Shown here piece after piece: positions 30,216-39,136 of a stretch of DNA of 64,000 nucleotides. Source of the stretch: Savitreella phatthalungensis (taxonomy: Eukaryota); NCBI GenBank assembly GCA_051599415.1, contig AP039691.1, positions 558,001 through 622,000 of the forward strand. The letters are read 5' to 3'. The notes under the pieces were generated by a model. The model was not told the origin of the DNA. It did no database searches and saw nothing but the letters and a program-made list of their open reading frames with translations. The position numbers and the translations under genes were made by a program. The stretch's first letter is position 1. Each line of letters starts with the position of its first letter.

Positions 30216-33200
30216 CTACAACTTTGACGCGTGCGTGGAGGTGCGCGGGTAGTAGATTGACCAGTCTGGTGGTGAAGGGCGGTCCATTTTGGTGAGTGTC
30301 TTTTTGAATGCTGTGAGTGCGGAGGATGAGGATTGGGCAGCGCCTTCGTCCGACACTTCCGTGATCAGGCTGTCCTGCAAGGCCTGCTGCTTCTGCGCGT
30401 GCCGGAAGGAAGATACCCATGCTCGGATGGCTTCAGCGCATTTGTCAATCTTGCCACGCAGTTGTTTCTGCTCCTCGGACTCGGCTGACAGAGCGGCTTC
30501 GAGCTCAGGCGATCGCTTTTCTTCCTGCTCGAGCGCGGCTTGCAAGGTCGCTGGCGGTTTGGAGTCGTTTGGCTGGCCTGAGGGTGGTGGCGTCGGAGGC
30601 ACTTGTGATGACACCATTTCAGCAACACTGCGAGTGGCCCCGTTGTTGTCCGTGCTGGCTGATAGGAGCATGTCGCGTGTGCCCCGTGCATCCACGTACA
30701 GGCCGCTCGACGATAGAAGCAATCGACGAACTCCCTCGGCCAGCAGCGTCACGTCACCGGATGTCAGGCATCGGTTGCAGAGATCTGCTAGACCGACATC
30801 CATCTTCTCCGTCGCGGCGTCGCCAGCAGGTAGCGGAAGCAGTGAGGAATCCCTCAGCAGCTGAACGACTTGGATGTGAGCTTGTGCAGGCGCCATATCA
30901 ATCGATGCCGATCGTGCCCGCAGCCAGACGGCCAATTTGCGGGTGTTAGGCCCCCCGACGGCGATCTTGTCGTCGAAGAAGGCGAGCAACTGCGCCTTGT
31001 CGATTGCTTCCACTTGTGCAGTGCGCTCAGCCCGCTCATCAAAATTGTATCGTCCTGCTGCAATGCATCCCCAGTAGAGGCGAGTTTCTGACTTGAGGTT
31101 TTTCAGCCGCTCGTTGATTTTGTCGCGAAGGGCGCGTTTGTGCTTGTCAAAGTTCTCCTGTGGCATGTCTGCGATGTGCTTCCGGAGCTGTGTCAGGAAG
31201 GCTTGGACGCGGTACTCGAGGAAGGCAGGATCGCGTTCAGACTGGAGGATGAAGCGGAAGCCTGCTGCCGTAAGGGAGACTCGAACGCCAGAGAAGACCA
31301 CGTAGCCGAGCTGCTCCTTGGTACGCAGCTGGTCGAATGCGGGTTCTTGAGCAATCTGCGCAAGGAGTGCGCTGAGCGCGCGGAGCTCGCCCTGACTATC
31401 GGAGCCAACGTGGCAGAAGTACTCGAGCGCGCTATTGACGTTGCGAGGATCCTTAAGAGGGCGGGCGTAGGCGCGCGAGCCTCTTGGCACCCAAAGCCCA
31501 GACTCTGGTAGAGTGTCTATTTCAGGCAAAGTTGATGTGCCAGAGAAGACTTCCTCGAAAAGTTCGGCCATTGTCTGCGCGTCTTGCTCGCTGACATTGC
31601 CGTGGACTAGCAGCTCGACGTGCACAGCCTGGAAGAGTGACTTGGCGAAAGACTTGAGCTCGTCGCACGTCACATCCGGAAGGGCTGCAGCCTGCTCCGT
31701 CTTTGACCATGCGGCATGGGCGAGCGCAAGGGACATGTGATAGGAGACTTGACCGTAGGGTGCATCGAATTCGAAGTTGCGGAAGCCGCGCTCGAGACGC
31801 TCCTTCTCGATGTCGAAGCGTGTCTGATCAACTTCGAGATCGCGCATTCGGCGCAGGACTTTCTCGACAAGAACAGGCATCTTGTCACTGTAGCCGCCAA
31901 AGACGAGATTGAAGCCAGTCGCGGTGCGCTCGAGGTCGTATTGAAGACCTGCGATGTCCGCTGGGTATGCATACTCGTTAAGCGCGTCCTTCAGTAGCTC
32001 GATGAAGAGTTTCGCCATGACAGCTGTCTTGGGAGACGTGCTTGATGCTGGGACGCGCATTTGAACGAGGACGTTCGCCTTGGGCAGCCAGAACGTGTCG
32101 TCCTTCTTATGCCAGAGCCTGCAGAAAGCATCATGTCGGATGAGGAATGGGCGGTCGACGACGGAGATGTCGTCGGTACGGCCTGTATCAAAGCGCTCGG
32201 GAATGAAGGGATTGCGCTCCGGCAAATGTAGGTCAGCTAAAGGCTCTGGCGTGCGCAGGCCTGCGAGGAATGCATCATCGAGCCGCTCAATTTTGTACTC
32301 AGTACCATACCAGTGTTCGATCTTGTCAGTCTTGGCGTCCGGATCGGCGATGGCAATCCTGAAGTTGTCAACGTCGAGACAATCGAGGCAATGCTGGATG
32401 TCCTCAGCGGAGTACTCGCGTGGAACACTGGTGCCCAGGAGAAAGCGTCGATCATATGGCTTCTGCATGCGGCCTGCCGTGCTGGAAGTAAATCTTGACG
32501 CTGGTCGCTGGTCCTGGAAACGGAAATCTGCTTCAGCACATCGACGAATCTCGTCCCAGACGAATCGTTGTGGGCCAGCCTGACGCATGAGGGAGATATA
32601 TGTGAAGAGCACCCGAACGACATCCTGCCAGTGCTCGAGACCGGAGCGAGTGAGCTCTAGACTGCACTTAAATAGATCTGTCCCGGGTGCAGCATTCGAG
32701 CCGCCAGCACCAAGAGAGAGCACCCAGCCTTGCTTCTTCAGGTAGGACAGTGCAGACCCTTGTCCTTCATGGCCGAGCAGGTGGGAGAGGTAGTGCGACG
32801 GCTGGCTCTTCCACATGATGTCGCACTCTGGCAGTGGGAAAGTGACCTCGAGGCTTCGAACGTCCTTGACTGGACGGAAGCGGTAGACGCATCCGAGCTC
32901 GTGACCTTGACGCAGGACATCCCCGTCATATCTGGGTTTTGGAAGCTGCTTGTCTGGGATAGCGGAGAAGAAGTCAGTCGTCATGTTCTGTAGCTCGTCA
33001 AGGGAGTGCCGTCCAAGAACGACGAGCTTCATTACGTTGCTCGAGTAGAAATTCTTGTGAAATTGCAGTAATATATCCCTGACGTCTTTGTTTGCACCAT
33101 CTTTCAGGGTCTCGTAATTACCCGTGCCGAACTTAGCATAGACGTGGTCAGGGTTACTGAGTGACTTGTCCAGCTGGAATGCACGCCACATATCATCCTG

Positions 33201-33632
33201 TAGATTCTTCTTTGATTCAGAGTCGACCGCCAGGAGTTCACGTTCTTTGCAGGATTCGAGAAAGAGTGGGGAGATGAAGAATTGTGAGAAGCGGTCTAGA
33301 GCACCTTCGAGATGCTCGTGACCGACCTCGAAGAAGTAATTTGTGTCGACGGTGCTTGTGAATGCGTTCGAGTGACCTGCGTGAGCACTGAGATACTCGC
33401 TGTAGTCGTTCTCACGAGGGTACTTTTGTGTTCCCATGAACAGGAGGTGTTCACAGAAATGTGCTAGACCTGGTGTATCCCATGGATCGGAGAGATGACC
33501 TACGTTGACATCGAGGGCTGCACTTGCCTTGTCTGTGTCTGGGTCATGAACGAGCAGGCACTCGAGTGCATTGTCCAGTGTGACGATGCGATATTGCCTT
33601 GTATCTAGCTCTGGTTTGTCGATTGTAACCAT
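30216..33632 (-). CDS. STE23: Insulin-degrading-enzyme family M16A metalloprotease (Ste23/IDE), C-terminal PTS1
   Basis: Inverted zinc motif HFCEH, NAFTS, HLLGHEG, FDQLRTKEQLGYVV; ends in SKL. Confidence 0.95.
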   Translation of the reverse strand: MVTIDKPELDTRQYRIVTLDNALECLLVHDPDTDKASAALDVNVGHLSDPWDTPGLAHFCEHLLFMGTQKYPRENDYSEYLSAHAGHSNAFTSTVDTNYFFEVGHEHLEGALDRFSQFFISPLFLESCKERELLAVDSESKKNLQDDMWRAFQLDKSLSNPDHVYAKFGTGNYETLKDGANKDVRDILLQFHKNFYSSNVMKLVVLGRHSLDELQNMTTDFFSAIPDKQLPKPRYDGDVLRQGHELGCVYRFRPVKDVRSLEVTFPLPECDIMWKSQPSHYLSHLLGHEGQGSALSYLKKQGWVLSLGAGGSNAAPGTDLFKCSLELTRSGLEHWQDVVRVLFTYISLMRQAGPQRFVWDEIRRCAEADFRFQDQRPASRFTSSTAGRMQKPYDRRFLLGTSVPREYSAEDIQHCLDCLDVDNFRIAIADPDAKTDKIEHWYGTEYKIERLDDAFLAGLRTPEPLADLHLPERNPFIPERFDTGRTDDISVVDRPFLIRHDAFCRLWHKKDDTFWLPKANVLVQMRVPASSTSPKTAVMAKLFIELLKDALNEYAYPADIAGLQYDLERTATGFNLVFGGYSDKMPVLVEKVLRRMRDLEVDQTRFDIEKERLERGFRNFEFDAPYGQVSYHMSLALAHAAWSKTEQAAALPDVTCDELKSFAKSLFQAVHVELLVHGNVSEQDAQTMAELFEEVFSGTSTLPEIDTLPESGLWVPRGSRAYARPLKDPRNVNSALEYFCHVGSDSQGELRALSALLAQIAQEPAFDQLRTKEQLGYVVFSGVRVSLTAAGFRFILQSERDPAFLEYRVQAFLTQLRKHIADMPQENFDKHKRALRDKINERLKNLKSETRLYWGCIAAGRYNFDERAERTAQVEAIDKAQLLAFFDDKIAVGGPNTRKLAVWLRARSASIDMAPAQAHIQVVQLLRDSSLLPLPAGDAATEKMDVGLADLCNRCLTSGDVTLLAEGVRRLLLSSSGLYVDARGTRDMLLSASTDNNGATRSVAEMVSSQVPPTPPPSGQPNDSKPPATLQAALEQEEKRSPELEAALSAESEEQKQLRGKIDKCAEAIRAWVSSFRHAQKQQALQDSLITEVSDEGAAQSSSSALTAFKKTLTKMDRPSPPDWSIYYPRTSTHASKL

Positions 33633-33936
33633 GATGATTGGTGCTTAACTTTGATCGATGACGAAGCTGAGATGGTAGTAGCGAGCGAAGATAAGGATGA
33701 CGAGACAGCGATAGAGTTTTGATGCAGCGAATGCAGGTGATGTCGGTGAATGCAGGTGATGATACAGCTGGTCGATTGCAAGAGTGGGTCAACTCCGTGG
33801 GTCCGTTCCTCCTTCTACTTATACAATGATGAGGATGATGAATATGAGGAGCGCTAGAGATGCGCGACAAGGAATGTAGCTTATGCTGTAGCGTGTGTGA
33901 GCGTGGCGAAAGTCTGGGCGCGTGAAGGCCTTTCAG

Positions 33937-33965
33937 GAAAGGGTTTGAAAGGGTTTGAAAGGGTT
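33937..33965. repeat. Short tandem repeat (GAAAGGGTTT) x ~3
   Basis: gaaagggtttgaaagggtttgaaagggtt read directly in the STE23/NAP intergenic region. Confidence 0.8.
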
Positions 33966-34321
33966 GTGCTGCGTGCAAGATACCTTGTAGGTAGGTATGT
34001 CCTGTATGTCGTGCGTGTGTGTGTGTATGTGTGTATGTGTACGAGTAGAGTGAGTAGAGTGTATATGTGCACCAATACAGGATTTGAATTGAATCAACGA
34101 CGTCAGCGTTAAATCACATGTTTGATCACTCTTATTCTTGAATCAGGCACGTGTCTATCAAAGTATGCAGCTTCTACGTTCATCGAACGTTCATCAGGCA
34201 GGGAGTCACAGGACGAATCCTATCCTGTCCTCAACGGCTTAGTAGAAAAGGACTGAAAGAGAGTATACAGAAGCAGCTTACTCTGATACAGTAAATCGAC
34301 ATCGGTCACAAGAAATCTAGA

Positions 34322-35029
34322 ATGTCCTCGGATACAGCTGAGGCATTGTCAGCAGAGATCATCGATGCCTTGAATGACTGTGAGGAGGAATTCTCTGCAG
34401 CGGATGTCGAGTTACTTCGGCGGCAGAACGAGCTGCTTGCACCGATCTATGCAAAGAGAGATGCTTTGTTCGCCAAGATCCCTTCTCTGTGGTCTGTGGT
34501 GTTTGAGGGATGTGACGAGCTCGATGGGTATGTGACGGCTGAAGATGCAGAAGTGATCAGTCATCTGGGTAGCCTTGAGTGCATACACGATGACCAGAAA
34601 GAGCCTAGGACATTCACTCTCAAGCTCACATTCAACAGTGCTTGCACATACTTCAGTGAGGGTTCGGGTACACAGGGTAAGGGAGGCGACTACGTTCTCG
34701 AGAAGCGATTCAGACGCAGATCTGACGACGATTCAGCAGACTCGTTACTGGTCTCTGAGGTTGTCGAGGTTGCTTGGGCACAGGGACGTGCGCCCAAATC
34801 GCCCTCCTTCTTCGACTTGTTTGCCTTCACGGGCTTCACCGCCGATAAGGTCACTCAGCGGCAGAGTGAACTTGAGGAGCTTGCCAACGTGCTTGCGCAG
34901 GTCGTCTATCCTGACGCGCTTGAGCTCTGGACCGACGCCATTATGGGTGACGAGGACGTGGATGGCGCTGCTGGCGAGGATGAGATTGATGAGGAAGAGC
35001 CTCAACGCAAACGCACCCGACAGACATGA
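34322..35029 (+). CDS. NAP-family histone chaperone (Vps75/Ccp1-like)
   Basis: PIYAKRD..FAKIPSLW, EPRTFTLKLTF, SFFDLF, VYPDAL; acidic tail with basic end RKRTR. Confidence 0.85.
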   Translation: MSSDTAEALSAEIIDALNDCEEEFSAADVELLRRQNELLAPIYAKRDALFAKIPSLWSVVFEGCDELDGYVTAEDAEVISHLGSLECIHDDQKEPRTFTLKLTFNSACTYFSEGSGTQGKGGDYVLEKRFRRRSDDDSADSLLVSEVVEVAWAQGRAPKSPSFFDLFAFTGFTADKVTQRQSELEELANVLAQVVYPDALELWTDAIMGDEDVDGAAGEDEIDEEEPQRKRTRQT

Positions 35030-35119
35030 GTCGCCAGTTCTCCTCACGTCATCGGAGTTGTGAAGTAGAAAGGGTTTGCAGGACTTATGCCAGCACTAGT
35101 CTGGAGAATTTCGGTGCTC

Positions 35120-36121
35120 TCAGCTGTTTGAGCTCGTCTCTCGCTGCTTTCCCTTGGACGCAGATGTGAGAGCTCGTCTCTGAGATAACAGCTCCTTTGC
35201 AGCCATCAGTCCCTCGAGCTCTGACCTCAGACTCACTTGCAGCAGGGTCCAGCCATTTGCATCGACGTCTGTGATTTTTACTTCGAGAGAAGCAATGGCT
35301 TTATCGAGCAGATCATCCGGAGACTCGCCCGCTGCGAGGATCTGACAAAGCTGTGTCTCTAGCTCAGATAGCTCCGCCATGACATCATCTACAATGATAG
35401 CGCCTTCGTCGAGCGCTGTAGCTTCCTGCTCGACACGCTCGATACCCTTCTGACATTTTGTGATCTCACTGGCAATGTCTTCGAGTGTAGGCTTGGTGTG
35501 AATATCGTTGAGCTCCTTGCGTGCGTCTTCCTGCGACCTTGCCCTGGCTCTCCTGACTTCCGCGAGCTCGCGTTTCAGGGACTTTCGACGGGTTTCGACA
35601 GCATCGAGTTCCCGTCGTAGAGCTTCCCGCTGCTCTTCCACTTCCAAAAGCTGTTGGTTGAGCTTTGCCTCGTCGTCCAGCCGGCCGGACGGGTGGCTGT
35701 CTTGCGGACCATCCGTGTCAAGGCTGCTGCTCAGTGCCCTCGCGCGTTCTTCTCGCTCGTGTGCGTCCTCTCGCTCTCCCATGAGCTGCATACTATGTTG
35801 ACGCAAGACAGATAGTCTCCGATTCAGGAGATCTGCAAGCTCGCGCATCGCTCTAGGTAGATCCGCTCGGACCATGGCCAGGTCGATGACCTCTGACTGT
35901 GATGTTTGTCCTGTGCATGCAGCTCGCTGAGCAGAGAGTAGTCCATCAAGTCTTCCCTGTAGAGCGCGTACAGATTCTTCAAACTGATCATGATGCGCAA
36001 GGGAGATAGGAGTGCGTGTCGAAGGATTGCGCGACTTGCGCGGGGTCGTTGTTGGCGTTGTTGATACTGGGGCGAACTTCAGAGTCGATAGTTCCAACAT
36101 GATGGGGTCTACATTGCTCAT
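35120..36121 (-). CDS. Coiled-coil protein, Atg28-like
   Basis: Long coiled coil; LDGLLSAQ and C-terminal NGWTLLQVSLRSELEGL resemble the LL.AQ and W.LL...I..ELE motifs I recall from fungal Atg28. Confidence 0.55.
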   Translation of the reverse strand: MSNVDPIMLELSTLKFAPVSTTPTTTPRKSRNPSTRTPISLAHHDQFEESVRALQGRLDGLLSAQRAACTGQTSQSEVIDLAMVRADLPRAMRELADLLNRRLSVLRQHSMQLMGEREDAHEREERARALSSSLDTDGPQDSHPSGRLDDEAKLNQQLLEVEEQREALRRELDAVETRRKSLKRELAEVRRARARSQEDARKELNDIHTKPTLEDIASEITKCQKGIERVEQEATALDEGAIIVDDVMAELSELETQLCQILAAGESPDDLLDKAIASLEVKITDVDANGWTLLQVSLRSELEGLMAAKELLSQRRALTSASKGKQRETSSNS

Positions 36122-37493
36122 GCCGAGCGCGTCAGGGCAGACGCTAAGCTCAAACACTGCAAGCAAGCCCTTCGTCTAGCTCGAGAGCTGGCGTAAAATC
36201 CCTGACAACCGATATTGACCGGGGAGCTTATGTGTTGTGGAGCTTTGCTGAGCCTGGTGGAGTGGGTATGCTGTCATATGCTTCACGTGATTGATTTGAA
36301 GATTGTGATACTGATGCATGAATCGATCAGCGTGGCAAGTCATCAACGAAACAAGATGAGTCAACCCTCCTGATCCATCCACTCAATCCACGTCATCAAC
36401 TCTCTGTATCTCCTTTGCAGACGACGTGCTGCTACGTACACTTGCTCATGTCGCTACTGACTAACAAGACCCAAATCATACAAATTTGAGCAGACAAAGT
36501 GCAAATTCATTGATTTTGATTCTCCCGGTGCAAGGCATTCTTGGCGACCAGTCTGTCTATATCAATCTAGCTTGACGAATTGTCACTGCTCAGAGACTCG
36601 TCTTGCTCATCAAGTCGACCATGTGGGTCACGAATCTTTGAGAACCATCAACAGCACAAGCTCTCCTTAATACAAAGTGCTCGTTCCATACAAGCATGAT
36701 TTGAGCTGTTTCCAGATATCGCTCATTGCTTGAGGGGGGCGAAGGAGGTTCAGACTCATCTGAGCGAATCCTGATTTCACACATGTCCGAGGCTCACATC
36801 CTCATCAATGACGCACCTATGAGGTTTCAAATGCCCTGATTCTGTCTACAGTATACTACAACTATGACTTGCTTCCCCTTCGCTTGTTGCTCTCCTTCCT
36901 ACGCCAGGATGCGGGATATCTGATCAACATCCACACGGTAGTCTCCTCGACCTTCTTATCTCGATCGGGGTAACAGTATCAGCCAGGCTGATCACGACAT
37001 TCCTGCTCTGAAGAATTGCTTTGTCTTGGTTGGGCGCCACTCACAAACCAAAGCCCAGCACTGTCGACGTGGAATACGCCAGGCCGCACTCTTTCATGCA
37101 TGCCCAGGATGTGTATGGGCTGCGTCCACGATTCAGAGGCTCGGCAGACATCATGATCGCCGGCCGAGTCGAGTCGAGCCTCGCTTCACTCCCAGGGTTG
37201 ACACTGACCATTACTGAGAAGGCTTTCTGGGCAAATCCAGAATGTGATTCACTGCTGAAGACGATTTTTACAAATCTGACACAGGTCAGAAAGTAAGGTT
37301 GACTTTCAAGCCAACACTACGCCACTTTTACGTTCTCCCCGCCGAGAACTCAGGGCTGCCGAGCAGAAAGGCTTGGCATTTCCTTGGCGATTCTCGTACC
37401 GGGAGGAATACAAAAACACCGCCTTGGGCAGCTGCGAGGCTCATCAATCAGAAAGATCAAACACACCAAAGCTCAATCGCTCCTATCTTCACC

Positions 37494-39074
37494 ATGACAA
37501 GTTCGGAGGAGCACGAGCAACGACTTCCACTGTACAGGCGCGATGAGAAGGCTGATCTCATTGCTCAAGAAGAGCAGCATGTGTCGAGTGAAGCTTCCAG
37601 CTCCCGGCGATCTGCTCGAAGGCCTCGTCTAGCGATCGTGACGCTCGGTGCAGCGGCTCTGGCGACCTACGGCGTATGCCACTACACCGGTGCCACACCA
37701 TCGTTCGAATCAATGTATTCGCCTTTCCCCGGCCACTGGTATGGAGATGACGGCAGCGTGCCAGGCCACCACGGCAACGGCTTCAGACACCCTGAGTATC
37801 CGTACCCGCCCCCGAGACCCCCTCATCATGGCCACGGTGATCACCCTCCGCCTCCGCCGCCACACCACGGCGGACCTCCTCCCCCACCTGGAGGTCACGG
37901 TCGCTGTGGCGGCGGTCGCCGCGGAGGCCGTGGAGGACGTGGAGGACGCGGGCGGGGTGGCAAGGACCACGATGGTGAGCCCGGTCGTGGTCACGGCCGA
38001 CGTCCCGGTCCACCCGGCCCACACCCTCCCCACCATCATCCTGGCCCTCCGCCTGGCGCAGGCCCCTTCTACGTCCCTCACCAGCTCGTACGCTCCGATT
38101 TCGCCACTGGTGACCTCGCATACAACAACACCGCCCTCGAACTTGACATCCGCGTTGTCGATGCCGAAACTGGTGACGCGATCGAGGGCGTTGCAGTCGA
38201 CATCTGGCACGCTGATGGCAACTCCCAATTTCCTGGCCTCCCTCCATTGCCGCCGCCTCCGCACCACCGAGGTCCCCCACCTCCGCCACCGCACGATGAT
38301 GAGCACGAGCGCCACGGACGTGATGCCGAGCACCGCGGCTCTGCAAGCAGACGTGGTGGCCACGACGACATGCCTAGACGGCGACCTGGTCGGGATGACC
38401 ACCGCGGGCCCCATCCTCGTCCCCCGCACTCGCACGGTCCTCTGCCGCTGAGAGGCGTCCAATTCACCGACAGTGACGGCCAGACACACTTCCAGTCGAT
38501 CGTCCCTGGTCTCGCACCATGCGGTCCCCCAAATCACCGTGATGCACCACCTCACGAAAACCTCCGCCGGCGATCGCCCGATGCGGAGGATGAGGAGGCG
38601 GAGCACAAGTGTGCCGAGAAGCGTCCGATCTTCTTCAAGCTTCACGCTGCAGGGACGACGGTGTCTGAAGAGGATGCTACGTTTGTCGGTACGCCTGAAG
38701 GTCCTCGGGGTGAGGTTGGACACGGGCTGATCGACATTGGTGGAAAGAAAGCTCGTGTGATTGTGCCCAAGCACGAGGACGCGGCGGAGGCTGAGGTGAC
38801 GACTGCCAAAAAGAACGGAGGCGTCAAGGTCGCAGTCACCATCAAGGTCGACAAGGCTCAGGTCGACGCTATCAGGGCAGGAAAGGGTGATCATTCCCCA
38901 CCTCATGGAGACCACCCTCCAGCACCACCGCTCGATGAGGACGAGGAGCAGGACGAGATTGAGGAGGACGAGTTTACAGAGTCCGGTGACGATGTAGAAG
39001 GCGAAGATGAGGATGAGGATGAGGATGAGGACGATGACGAGATTGAAGTGGTTTCACTGGAGGATCTCGATTGA
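37494..39074 (+). CDS. Membrane-anchored intradiol ring-cleavage dioxygenase-fold protein lacking catalytic ligands, His/Pro-rich
   Basis: GPFYV..LVRSD, LDIRVVD..T..I.GV.VDIWH, LRGVQFTD.DG...F.SI.PG scaffold motifs; N-terminal TM segment; ATG 37494 in ACCATG context. Confidence 0.8.
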   Translation: MTSSEEHEQRLPLYRRDEKADLIAQEEQHVSSEASSSRRSARRPRLAIVTLGAAALATYGVCHYTGATPSFESMYSPFPGHWYGDDGSVPGHHGNGFRHPEYPYPPPRPPHHGHGDHPPPPPPHHGGPPPPPGGHGRCGGGRRGGRGGRGGRGRGGKDHDGEPGRGHGRRPGPPGPHPPHHHPGPPPGAGPFYVPHQLVRSDFATGDLAYNNTALELDIRVVDAETGDAIEGVAVDIWHADGNSQFPGLPPLPPPPHHRGPPPPPPHDDEHERHGRDAEHRGSASRRGGHDDMPRRRPGRDDHRGPHPRPPHSHGPLPLRGVQFTDSDGQTHFQSIVPGLAPCGPPNHRDAPPHENLRRRSPDAEDEEAEHKCAEKRPIFFKLHAAGTTVSEEDATFVGTPEGPRGEVGHGLIDIGGKKARVIVPKHEDAAEAEVTTAKKNGGVKVAVTIKVDKAQVDAIRAGKGDHSPPHGDHPPAPPLDEDEEQDEIEEDEFTESGDDVEGEDEDEDEDEDDDEIEVVSLEDLD

Positions 39075-39136
39075 GCGTGATTTTTACACAAGATAGCGTA
39101 ATGCAATGCGATGCGATGAGATTCATGAGAGCTAGT

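Noticed and set aside
33937..33965. GAAAGGGTTT repeat as telomeric repeat or telomerase template
   Set aside because: Only about three copies, not TTAGGG-type, internal to a promoter, with no other telomerase RNA features
33544..33978. Arg/Ser/His-rich upstream ORF overlapping the STE23 start, resembling a mitochondrial presequence
   Set aside because: Out of frame with STE23, non-ATG start, an in-frame TAA five codons before the STE23 ATG, and no clear splice or frameshift signal to join them
37710..38915. 401-aa antisense ORF and 267-aa alternative-frame ORF over the dioxygenase-like gene
   Set aside because: Expected shadow ORFs of GC-rich, repetitive coding DNA; no recognisable motifs
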